A stretch of DNA of 62,105 nucleotides, filler included, from Sphacelaria rigidula (lineage: Eukaryota): NCBI GenBank assembly GCA_964200075.2. It is 2 parts of 2 records of this genome, joined end to end, with 100 filler letters (N's around TTAATTAATTAA, not from the genome) between each part and the next. Parts side by side here need not be neighbours in the genome. Positions count along the whole stretch, not along the records: positions 31,112 to 62,105 come from CAXNAA020000054.1; 1 more part is not named here. The stretch is one strand, 5' to 3'. Position numbers and translations under genes: made by a program. The notes below the pieces were generated by a model that saw only the letters and a list, made by a program, of their open reading frames with translations, had not been told where the DNA came from and made no database searches. Every line of letters starts with the position of its first letter. The stretch's first letter is position 1. This document shows, in pieces, positions 36,545 through 47,870 of this stretch.

Positions 36545-38930
36545 ACGCCGGGCAAGGAAATAGACACTCAAGATAGTTGCGACGCGTCTCAGCGTCTACC
36601 GCAAGTGGAAGTGCATCCTCTCGGAAGCGCAGTGCGGTTTCCAACCCGGCCCGTCGACAGTCGACATGATGTTCGTTGTGCGCAGGCTCCAAGAACTGTC
36701 CAGAGAGAAGAACATTGCTCTGTAAATGTGCTTCATCGACCTCCAAAAGGCATACGACTTAGTGGACCGCTCTCATATCTCTGGAAAGTTCTGGCACGCT
36801 ACGGTATCCCCCGCCAAGAGTATTTCCATCATCCGCCAGTTCCACGACGGCATGCGGGCATGCGTACGCCTCGACAGCGGCGAGACATGTGAGTGGTCTA
36901 ACGTTAATCAGGGCCTCCGCCAAGGCTGTGTGCTTTCCCCCGGTTTGTTCAACATCTTCTTCCCAGCGGTGCTGACAGTGACGTTCGATCGTTTCTCGAT
37001 CAATAAAGCGATGGCGCAGGGCTTCATCCGCATCGCTGAAAGGGGCGGGAAGACCAGAGATCAACCCAGCAAAGAGCTTGAGCGCTCACCGGTTTGATGG
37101 GTGAACTGTTCGCTTCCTGGACAAAAAATATGCTGTATGGTCCGTCCCGGCATTACATTTCAGTGATTTCCGGAGCTCCCAGTCCATCGCAAGCCTCACT
37201 GTTCACATGACAAACTTTCCTTCAACAGTCGATCACGTCGGGATTCAAACAGTGAATCTCATGTTCAGGAAGCGAACTGGTTTATCCACTGAACCAGTGA
37301 GTGCCTCGCTCACTAGTTCAACAGATGAACTGTTCGCTTGCTGAACATGATATATGCGGTTCGAGTCTCGGCATGATCGATTGCGGACAGAACATTTGAC
37401 ATATGAACAGTGAAGCTTGCGAGGGGCAGGTAGCTCCGGAGATTCGAATCGCGTATCTTTGTTCAGGAAGCTTTCCCATCGAACCAGTGACGGCTTTCGC
37501 TTACTGAACATGCCATACGCCGATGACGTTGGCATCACCTCGCAATCTCAAGTAAGCCTGGCAAAGATGATGACCGTCGCAATCGAAGTATGTGCGGCTT
37601 TTTCGGCCTCGTCGTGGCGGAAAAGAAGACAGTCACCATGCACATGCGCTCCCCGAATATAGAGGTCGATATGGTCGAGGTGGAAGCGGCGAGCTGAACA
37701 TACAAGCACGACAAGTCTTTCGTCTACCTTAGCGGCAAAATCAGCAGCATTGGCGATGTCACTCCTGAGATCCACAGCAGCATTGGCCAGACCTGGACGT
37801 GCCTCTACAAGTACAGCAGAGTAGTAATCGACAAGCTGTACATCACCCTGGCCACCAAGGTTCGTCTCCTGAAGACTGAAGCGATCGAGGTAATGCTATC
37901 CGGCTGCGTGAACTGGACGATCGCCCCTGACAATTTCGGCGCGTAATGGGAGGACCATCGAGGTTTTCTGCTGAGGTGCCTCAACAAGCATACCTCAACC
38001 CGCAGCGCCCCCGACCAACACACGCTGCCATACCAGCATGTCCTCGAAAAAACTAGCTGCGAGTGAATCGAGGCCACCGCGATGGCACGAACCCTCCTAT
38101 ACGCCGGCCGCGTTGTACGCGTGCAGGATGAAAGCCTCCCCAACATCGTCACGCATGGAGTGATGGTTGGAGGGAAGACGAAGGCAGGCCGACCAGCGAG
38201 ACGCCTACAACACGGTGTCACGGAATACCGTTCTAACTTCGGAATGAACGCGACATCGTGGACGCGGATTGCCTAAGATGTGTCCAAATGGTACCGAGTC
38301 GTAGAGGAGGGGGCTGAGATGTACATGGCAGCCTGGACTAAAGCACGCCACGCTAAGGGATTGTTTTTTGTGCTACCACTAGAGTTCCCCGAGTGCCTAC
38401 CGAGGACCTCCGGGAAGTGACCAGTATCCAATCGGGTGGTACACTCGCTAGTGCATCTACTGTTTTCCGAACAGCTTCGGTAGTTGTCTATGAGGGTGCC
38501 TGGAGCTGTTGAGTTTGACCCTCGTTTGGTGGCCACGCTAATCCCTTTTTGTCGATCTCTTTTTGTCGTGCGTCTTTTCTTGTCTGTTATTTTCTTCCCC
38601 TTTTTTTTCGGTTTGTTCTTAGGAGATCTGAAGGCTTTGTTTGTCTTTCTTTTTTTCTTTTCCCCCCCCGATGGACTCGGGGGAAGCTATTTATCTTGTC
38701 TATTTTATCGGCGTCTCTCTCTTGATTTTTTATTTGGTAATATTTTGTTTGATTGTTGAATGGTTTGCGTTTCTAGTCTGAAGTCTCAAAACAAAACGAT
38801 GAAAACTCCATGTCTGTGAGGAATAGCAGGGACGGTATTGGAAAGACGAGCCTATGACCGTGACCACGGGTTCGAGATATCGGACTAATGTGCGGAAATG
38901 ATATTGAAAATCAATAATTGATAATAAGGA
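36545..38930 (+). mobile_element. 5'-truncated, frameshifted non-LTR retrotransposon (RTE-like LINE reverse transcriptase pseudogene)
   Basis: Motifs LKIVATRL..ILSEAQCGF, CFIDLQKAYDLVDR, IIRQFHDGMRACV, QGLRQGCVLSPGLFNIF, YADD (37516-37527), LLYAGRVVRVQDESLPNIV, GRP. Multiple stops and frameshifts, followed by a T-rich 3' region. The 3' end is approximate. Confidence 0.9.
37063..37507. mobile_element. TIR-bounded non-coding insertion (MITE-like) inside the LINE RT
   Basis: Left end cagcaaagagc..tcaccggtttgatggg..cttcctggacaaaaaata is an imperfect inverted match to right end tatctttgttcaggaag..cccatcgaaccagtga..ttactg. The RT reading resumes just after it at MPYADD. Confidence 0.65.
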
Positions 38931-40090
38931 AATACCAAGATCGGCCCATTACTTGCTATTTGACAGCGGCGATGTGGCAGATGCGGCGGTTGTGGTGGAG
39001 TCAAAAAGGTTAATGGTTTTTGCCGCGTACGTCCAATATCGCATTTACTCATACTTGCAGTCACGGGCATGTGTGCGAGCGGGTGATAATTTAGTCGCAC
39101 GCGGTAACACGACCTTTTTATTGGTAATCTTCAGAGAAAACTAAGGGGGGGACAAATGGAATGCATTGGGCACGCCGTAAGAAAGCTGGTAACTACTGTG
39201 GCTTTCTAACGGTGGTAGTTTCGTCCTCAGGCGCATAGTCCAGCGTGCAAGCGGTCGGGAGGATAATGGTAGCACTTTTTTTTCGTATGGGGGGAGCACC
39301 GTCATCCCCATATTCCTGAAGAAACACGCACACGGCGTATCGATGCAAACGTTGGAATATGACCGAGGGAGCTCAAGAAACCGTTTTCCAAATTTTTGAA
39401 GATGGCCTCTACATATTTTCCGACTGAAGTGGGTGGGGGGCTTCAGATCACAGCGTACCCCACAGCGATGCCCCGCAGAATAGGTGGGAAAATAGCAGCG
39501 CCCCCGGGCACTGCGCCGAATGTGGCAAGTAGAGACATGCCACTCGTGTACGTCAAGTAGGGCATAGGAAGATGTAGAGAAAGCGTTGCTGCACAGTAGT
39601 AGGCAACCGTTGCTGAGGAGAAGGTAGTCATCGCAGAGGCGAAGGCAGCCATTGCTAAAGACTGTGTACTCAAATTTTCTGCCTGTACTGCACTGTACGG
39701 CGCTAGTTATGTGGTATACTCAAACTATATTGCACGTATTGCACTGCACTACTGTACTGTGCTGCTCGTGTACGGCATACTCGAGTATACTGCGCTGTTA
39801 ATACTCTTCATCATACTGCGCGGACTGCAATGTACTGTCAGTTCTACTGTGTATAATCCATTGTACTGTGCGTACAGTACTACGGTGAGAGGTCTGAACC
39901 GTGTACTTTCCTTGCTGCACTTATTCGTGTATTGTTATGTTGCGTGTACTGTATTCTTACTGTCCATGTTGCACTGTGCTGGTGTCTGCAGGGGGCTTTC
40001 TCTACTATAGAACAGAGGTCTGTCGAAAAAAGTGCCGGTGAGAGGCCTGCGAAATATTGTTCCGAATTCCTACCGACCCCGTCACTAAAC

Positions 40091-40344
40091 GGCCCAATAC
40101 CCGGCCAATATTTAGGATTGGACCCCAAAATTTGGTGTGGACAATGCAATGGGTATAATAAAACAAATCACCAGAGCACACAGGGATTTTTTCTTCTTCA
40201 TGACTTGAGGGCATCGCACTGATCAATACACTGCCCTAAACTCATGAAAAAAAAAAAAGTTGTGTGCAATGGAATTTGTTTCTAAATTCATTGTCCATAC
40301 CAAATTTTAGGGTCTAACTCTGAATATTGGCCGGCCAATGGGCC
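40091..40344. mobile_element. MITE with ~55-bp imperfect TIRs
   Basis: ggcccaatacccggccaatatttaggattggaccccaaaatttggtgtggacaatg versus reverse complement of right end ggcccattggccggccaatattcagagttagaccctaaaatttggtatggacaatg. No clear TSD. Confidence 0.8.
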
Positions 40345-40419
40345 TGCGAACTGTAAATTTGCTTCTTGGCTGGCCCAGCTCGTACCTGTATCGCAGTCCG
40401 AGGGTTAACTTCTTGAGCA

Positions 40420-40880
40420 TATTCTTCCTGTTTTGTTTCTCGAGCGTGCTGCTAGGTGATCGCGTGGACCATACTCTTCATCCGAGCTAGGAGTATCGTT
40501 CGTCGGATTCGACGAAAACACGCCGGAGATATGGAATGTCTTATCTTGACCCCTGAACCAGGTCTGAAGTCACCACCACCAGGAAAAAGTCATGAATTGC
40601 CCCTTGACTTCTCGTGTGCATTTTTTTTCTTCCCTGCTGACGTTGATGGCGTGGACCTTGCGGCTTATCCGTACTACGTATCGTTTGTCGAATTCCACGC
40701 CAACACGCCAGGGATTTGGCTTGTCATATCTCAACCTCTGACCAGGGTTGAAGAGACACCAACAGGAAAAAGTCACGATATGTCCCTTGACTTGTCGGTG
40801 TGCATTTTTTTTCTTTTTGCTGGCCGTTGATCGCGTGCACCTTGCGGTGCATCCGAGCTATCGTTTGTCGAATTCAACCA
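40420..40880. repeat. Diverged ~185-bp tandem repeat (~2.5 copies)
   Basis: caggaaaaagtca...cccttgactt...gtgtgcattttttt...ccttgcgg...tatcgtttgtcgaattc occurs twice, with a partial upstream copy. Confidence 0.8.
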
Positions 40881-41505
40881 ATAAATGCTCGAGTTACGTA
40901 CGTTCATGTATCCACTACTGCTAATGATGTTCCCCCGCAAAAAATAGTGTTCGCCACGTACGTTCAATATTAAATTTTCCCATATATGCAGCCACGAGCT
41001 TGTGTGCAAGTGCTTGACTGCATGAGAGCGATGACGGAGAACGCCGCGCGGTATTTTATTCTACATTCTCCAAAGGAGACCCTCGATGGTTCACCGTTCA
41101 TGCTTCGTCGCATAACGCATCGCCCTATAATGGTTCAACAGAGGCAAGCGATGCTTCTGGACCGCGGTTGTGGGGTCAAAATCATTCATCATCTGGTTCA
41201 TTGCCGCATGCACCACAGTGTGAGCATCTCTTGTCCGCAGCCTAAAAAGGGATCCGCATTGTACCGTCCGTCTGTATGCAGGTGGTACAAGCAGTTTTGT
41301 CTACTGTCTGTTCGTCTTTACTGCACAACCGTGTTCAAATCTTCCTTACATTCTTGTACATGGAAACGGTATACCCACCATGCACTGTGGTGTTGTCTGT
41401 ACGGTACACCGTTCAAATCTTCGATCTTCTTTACACCCTGCTGCATGCAGACGCCAGAGACGGTCTGTACTGCGTCACGTTCAAATCTAGTTAGGTACAG
41501 TGAGC

Positions 41506-41605
41506 ATCGCCCACGTGACTAGGTTGGTGATCTCGAAAATCTCTCGACGGCTGGAACGTGGGTTGAAATCTCGGTGCAGTCACACGAACTGGGATTTAAT
41601 CTCAC
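41506..41605 (+). mobile_element. Degenerate tRNA-derived SINE head
   Basis: tcgcccacgtgactaggttggtgatctcgaaaatctctcgacggctggaacgtgggttgaaatctcgg aligns with the SINE head at 60961. Confidence 0.65.
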
Positions 41606-41767
41606 ATCATGATCAAGAAATGAATGTCTGTCTGATTTACGGTCTGTGATTACTCCGCAACTAGAGAGTACAGCATCGGCTCGTTTTGATATACACGCCA
41701 CCTCAACTAGACAACAACATTCATATAAACACAAGAGCCGGAACGACACACGTGCCATCACTCTCAC

Positions 41768-42023
41768 CAAGAAAGTGCGCCACCATCTGAGTGAAAAATA
41801 CAAACGCCCAGCCTGAAATGAACAGGGCGGAGTCCAGCTCGCTCAGACCGGCCAGGCGTGCGGCGGCTCCGTATGTCACAGCCGAGAACACGGTCATCTT
41901 CATCCTCCCGAGTTTGAGAAGAAGCTGCAGCTTGCGCCGCCACATGGGCACCGCGTCATCATCGACCTTCCTTGATGAGGATATTGGCGCTGACGTTAAT
42001 ACTGATGCTTGCGTAGGGGACAT
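41768..42023 (-). CDS. First coding exon of a UbiA/MenA-like prenyltransferase membrane protein
   Basis: LLLKLGRMKMTVFSAVTYGAAARLAG...ALFISGWAFVFFTQMVAHFL(G), then donor G|gtgaga. Fits UbiA TM1-TM2 just before the (N/G)EYxD Asp-rich motif. Downstream exons were not found. Confidence 0.6.
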
Positions 42024-43050
42024 CGTAGTTGGTGAATAGGTGCCTTAGCTCTGCGCGTGTCAAGAACACAAATTAGACAGCAGCGTTGAGCCCGTCATCT
42101 ACTGGGATCTGAGGCAGTCAGTTGTACAACAGTAGTAGTCACTGTGGATATAACGGGGGTCGCATAATCAATGTTGTTGAACTGGTGAGGCATGTACACA
42201 TTAACGACTTCATCTTGCACCATCACGTATGAAAGAAACAACGACAGCAGCAGGTGATGAAAAGGGGATCAGCGGGGTTGGACGGAAGGGATGGGGTGTG
42301 ATGGGGAGAGAATGATAAATACACTGCACAATGCTATTGTGGCATTGTGGTACCTGGTTAGCGCAGACAATACACGTACAGAACCACAAACCATGAAGTG
42401 AAACAGCACAGTGAAGTAGTATAGGATGGCGCTGTTGGTCGTGGTAGAAATCAAGCAAGAGAGGACAAGGAAGGTAAGACATCACCACTACACAGTTGTC
42501 GGGTTGATTATCGGGGTAAATATACAGGCACATCTCGACTCCAAGGATGAGGTATCGCGCCATCCGCACAGCACTGATCCGTTGTATTGGCCCATGCTCA
42601 ATTGCGTTCCTGGACTCTGACAGCACGATGAGAGAGCTCTATCAAAATAGCAACGAAGTGATTACTCACGCTGATAGTTTGGGCAGCGGAGATGTGTTAC
42701 ACTCTAGCTGCTCCCTTGCTGCTCGATCTTCTGATACTCTGTTGTGAATGAGGTGTGTTGTGATGGGGGTATATGGGAGATGTGACAGTCCCGTCAACGG
42801 AATCTTTCAACCATAGCACTATTCTGATTTTCTTCTTGCGGCATCTGACAGTTCCTCATCACGAAAGGGCGCACTCGGTCGTTCTCATTCTCTGTGGTAC
42901 CCCTGGAGCTACAGTAGTTCATTGCAGAAGCCAACCACACTGGACTGTACTGTGCCGCCGTTCAGCGCAGCGGCAGCAAACAGCGACGGCATAGCCTGCC
43001 AGATCAACCTGGGAGTGAATACATAACCACTGCAGAAAGAGGAAGAGGAC

Positions 43051-44666
43051 ATGGGGCGACCAGCCACGACGACGGCGACCACAGGAAAATGGACTTCCTG
43101 GATGTGTCTGCTGGCCGCCAGTGTGGCCGCGGCTGCGGTGGTGTTTCAAAAGGGCAACAACGACGGTGGTCTTCACTTTGGCGGGACTAGAGATACCTCA
43201 GCGTCCTATGCCTCCCCGCCCCAGAGCATACTGGAGATCTTCGCGAAGAACGCATTCGACTGGACCAGCAGTACCACGCCCGCACCGTTAAGTACCACCG
43301 CTGTTCTTGTGAAAGCCATCCTCGCTGACCCCAGAGCAATACCTGCGGGGCTCGACAGAGATGCTGTAACGGCATTAGTGGGCACACATGGAGAGACGGG
43401 AAATGCGGAGGGAGACCACAGAATCCTCGATGTCCGCGTGGCGGGTGTGCGAGAGTGGGTATCTTCGGGCATCCTTGCAGAAGTGCAGCGGTTGTGTTCC
43501 TCCGCGCGCGGCTGCGATCCGAACGAGACTGACCCCGAGTTCGGAGTGACCCCGCTCCATTTCGCCCAGTTTTGGGGCAGTGAGAATCTAGCGGAGTATT
43601 TAAGATCGCTAGGCGCGAAGGAGGACACTTTGGACTCTGTGGGCCGCGCACCGAAGAACATGACATTTAGCGGATTCAGCAAGTACAGTCGAATGGTCGG
43701 CCAAGCTCGCCTCCCGGAGGGTGTTGACCAAGAGGAGCGGTGTGAGATTCCTGAGGTGGTGATTCCACCACGACCTAGTAACTTGATTGATAGTGCTGAA
43801 GTTGGTGGCGCAGCGGCTGCGGCCGACGAAGACTGGCGAGGTGACGTCGAAATCGCACTGAAGGAGGTACGACGGCTGGTCGGCGAAGGCGAACCGGTTG
43901 TGGTCCGCAACGCTCTGCCCTGGTTGCTCGCAATGCGGCAGCACCACAACGCCATTACAGGCGGCGCACAAAAGGCAGAGCAGCTGCCCTCAGCCACGCT
44001 CAAATACCCGGATGCGACCTCCTTCGTGCAGGCGTGGAGCGATCGCCCGGTAGACGTTGGCAGCGTGCCTTACGCCAAAAATTTCGACCTCGTCAACGAG
44101 CGCACTACTCTCGGACAGTACATTGCGGCGGCAAGTGCCGCGACCGCCGACGCAGCGATGACCACTGCCGCTGCCGCCGCTACTTCGACAGATGGTAAAA
44201 CGAACGAACAGGCGCAAGTGCGTCCGCCCCCGAACTATGTGTTCCAGGTCGACACCGAGGCTTGCGTGGAAGGAAGGGAGCTTCTCGGGCAAGTTGTGGA
44301 CGCCGCCCTACCCTCGGCCGGGGATCGGCCGCTGATATGCCCTCCTGCCAGCGGACAGCGCGGCCTGGAGAGCGTCCACTACTACCTGGGCAGTAACGGA
44401 ACCGGAGCTCCGAACCACATCCATTCGGATGCAATTAACCTTGTGGTGACCGGCCAGAAAAAGTGGTGGGTCGTGACGCCACGAGCAGCAGTGTGGAGTC
44501 GGCGGCACGTCCTGGAGTACGCTCGTGAGTGCGAGGAGGGTGGCGGAGGGGCGGACGTTGCAGAGGAGTATCGACCTATGCAGTTTGTGCAGAAGGCTGG
44601 GGATCTCGTATATGTGCCGGCGGATTGGGGACACGCGGCGATTAACCTTCAGGACGATACCTTCGG
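43051..44666 (+). CDS. Ankyrin + JmjC/cupin protein (JMJD8-like HxH type) with N-terminal hydrophobic segment, exon 1
   Basis: N-terminal WMCLLAASVAAAAVVF; ankyrin FGVTPLHFAQFWGSENLAEYLRSLGA; JmjC GEPVVVRN, YYLGSNGTGAPNHIHSDAINLVVTGQKKWWV, QKAGDLVYVPADWGHAAINL. Donor GG|gtgagc. Confidence 0.9.
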
Positions 44667-46002
44667 GTGAGCTATTATAACATGTGGCCGGGAAATATTG
44701 TTGACGTGTATTTTGCGAGAGAGCGGCTACTGTAATATTTGTGGCATACCGCGGTCGACGGATGCGCTGCGTGAGTGTTTATACTGATATTCTGTGTAGT
44801 TTTGATTAGGGAAGCAGAAACTCCGTAGGCCGTGTCCTAACCCGTGTCTTGGGCCGTATCATTTCGAGGCAAACTAGAGAAGCACGAAGAGGAACAAAGC
44901 CATGCAGTTTGCCAGCACACTGAAACCACCCTCGATCCTAACGAAGATTCTCAAAACTGGATTCCTGAGAAGAACGGTGACTCCTTCCGCACTGGATGCA
45001 GTCGGAGGTAGGTCTGGAAATCTGTCTCACCAGCCGTGGCTGAAACACATGACCGAACCACGTTACACCGTGACAACACAGCCCGAGCAAAGACACACTG
45101 ACATCGACGGCACGAGTGCAGCATGCCTGGCGCTAGCTCTTGCCCATCTATGCGCGGTGCTCTTTGTTCCATGGCAATCCATTCGGTATTGGAAGAGGAT
45201 CGGCCGTGTTTGTGCAACAAAACTTGCTCAAGATGGAGTCGTAGACAGCTTGTGCGTGTGTTACGCGGTGCCTGTCTGACAGAAATCATGAATCATTCAG
45301 TTTTAAACCGACTTTCCCCGAGCTGAGAGCGTTGAGTTGTACTCAGTTGACCACTAGCTACGGCTCGAGCTTTTCATTCCTTATGCTGGGACAGTGAGAT
45401 CAGAAGTTTGTGCAGGTTGTGCCTGAGGTCCGAGGTATGGGACAGGTGTGCACCACAGCGAGGGGCATTGCGCCGCTTGTTAAGGTTGCCTTGCATGACG
45501 AATAGCCCGAAATAATATTGGTGAATAGCCTGAAAAACCCTGGAATATTTGTTTCAACAAAGCGCCGCTGCCCCCAAAACAGAGTGCCGCTTTTTTTCTG
45601 TCGGTGGGGCGGGCATACTCGTTTGTTGCTTGCCTTGGTCGTTGAACCACTGAGACCGTGTCTTGTCAAGAATATTTCGGCTCGAAAACATGCGGTCGAA
45701 TCGAATTGGTCGTGATTAGTACGTATCTGATACGTCCACGGCACTTATGTTCTCAGATAGCTTCAAGTTTATTTTACAATTATTTACGCGCGACGGGCAG
45801 GGTGAACAACAGAAGAGCTTAGCTTTCTCGATCGAAAACACGCAGAGGAAAGGTCGTGAGGGCACTTGACTCCCAATCTTGCAGACCACCACGCCTGATA
45901 CCACCCGTTCACAGAACCATGCAGACCCCACACAACTCATTCTCAGCTACCACCGCAACCCAGCAGGAGCACGAATTTAGCACAGTTATGGATACACTGC
46001 AG

Positions 46003-46765
46003 CAAGGATGTCGGTTGACGTCACGCTGTCACGCTGTCAAGCCTGTCTGTCAAGGCGTTTGGCGTTGTCAAGACAAAACATCCCCTGTCCCCGGGGTAAA
46101 TAACGCCTTCCCATCTCTGTAGAAACCCTTATTTTTACCTTCACACAACTAGGCCTGAGTACTTTGTGCCGGCATCATTTCTAGCATAATTCCCGGCGGC
46201 CTGATTTCGTGACTTGGTGACGCCGCTTGTACCCCGTAAAAAATCTCAGGCAACACCGATTCGCGATGCTGTCACCAACTGATTGTCGCACCATACCCGT
46301 CCCCCGGATCTCATAAACCTCGACTTCAACCCAGACACCATTATTGTCACTTCATCGTGGATACACTTGCCCTTGTACCATATTGCTTCTCCCACACTGA
46401 ACTGACTCACCTGGTTCATCACACAGGCAATCTTGCATGTCAATGTGCTCTGAAATGGCATCTAGATACTGCAACCACAATAAACATCTAGGAAAATTCT
46501 TCCCGCTTCTGCACAAAACATCGATTCTTCCCTAACACAGAATCGATCCTTTTTTGCCCGAATTAGCATACGAGCATAATGCCAGCATAATCAGGGCTGA
46601 GCTAGCATAAAATGTACCGCATTTGCTCGGAAAACATGGCCGAAAAAAATGGCGCCCCGGGTTTCAGCTATATGGTCAGGCGTTACCCTGTCAAGGCTGT
46701 CAAGACAGGCAATTGGTGCTTGACAGTCTGTCAAGGGGTTCAAACCCTGTCAGCCGACATCCTTG
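46003..46765. mobile_element. hAT-type MITE (17-bp TIR, 8-bp TSD CACTGCAG)
   Basis: TIR CAAGGATGTCGGTTGAC ... GTCAGCCGACATCCTTG (16/17 match). TSD at 45995-46002 and 46766-46773. Absent from the homologous site in copy 2 (~48940). Confidence 0.92.
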
Positions 46766-47450
46766 CACTGCAGTAGTTGGGAAATCGACGGCGGAACTGC
46801 GTGGTAGGGTGGACGACCGTCTTTCGAACGCGCCCATGGACAGGACAGGCAGTACAAAACTGCACGTTGTTCAAATCATTTTCACATCCTTCCGTGTGAA
46901 AAGAGTATGCACAGCAGCCCTGTGCTGTCTGTACTACACGTTGCCCCCTTCGTCACATGCTACTGCACGAAACACACACACACACGCACACACATACACA
47001 CACACTAACTCTTCAGACGGTACAGACGGCACCGTACTGTCTGAGTTGCTTACAAGCAAACAAGTACCGCTTCACGGATTTCGCTCAGATTTTTCGATCG
47101 AAAGCATGCACATTCGCTCGCGCCCAAACACAGCACAAAGAACTAAATCAATTCCCCCGCACGGATTTGTTCGAGTCGAAAAAAAATTGTGAGACATAGC
47201 CTGACCACGCCCACCTCGTGAAACGGAGCACCGTTCCTACTCCTCGGGGGAGGGGGAGGGGTGGGCATTATCGCGGCGACGAATCGACGTGCTTCTTGCT
47301 CCTTGGATCCTATTTGTGCTCATTTTTTTGTTTCGATAAAAACACGATCTCGGGTCGTGTCTTTTCGAGATAAATTAAAGAAGCACGAAGAGGAACAAAG
47401 CCATGCAGTTTGCCGGCAAACAAAAACCACCTTGGGCCTTGGGTCCTCAC

Positions 47451-47870
47451 CAGTGTTGGAAATCGAACGAAATAAAAAAATCGATATGGCTTTTGAAACA
47501 TCGACAAAAAAACATCGATACAGATTTTTTGACTCGATACTCGAAAAATTCCCAAACAACCGGTTTTCTGGTTTTCTGGGCTTTTTGCTTTTTTTTAAGA
47601 GTCATTTTTGCAAGGAAGGGGGGGGGGGGGGGGGGGGGGGGTGTGGGGAATATATCACCCCCCCCCTTTTTTAGTGAACTGGGCCAGAAGTCGCGATTGA
47701 GATATTATNNNNNNNNNNTTGTATTATAAAAGAGTAAGAAAAGAAGAGAAAGAGAAAGAGATCTGTGGAGCGAGCGATGATGGGAATGCACTACCCTCTC
47801 CCCTTTTTAGCGAACTGGGCCCGAAATCTCGATCGGTAATCGATATTTCGATACACGATTTTCAACACTG
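47451..47870. mobile_element. hAT-type MITE (15-bp TIR, 8-bp TSD GTCCTCAC)
   Basis: TIR CAGTGTTGGAAATCG ... CGATTTTCAACACTG (14/15 match). TSD at 47443-47450 and 47871-47878. Absent from the homologous site in copy 1 (~44935). Contains a 10-N gap. Confidence 0.92.

Noticed and set aside
39443-39673. Hydrophobic minus-strand ORF as a next UbiA exon
   Set aside because: It lacks the expected Asp-rich motif, so it cannot be linked to the exon at 41768-42023.
43187-44634. Long antisense ORFs (e.g. 265 aa at 43206-44003)
   Set aside because: Shadow ORFs of the GC-rich JmjC exon. The same applies to 1769-2563 opposite the IPT exon.
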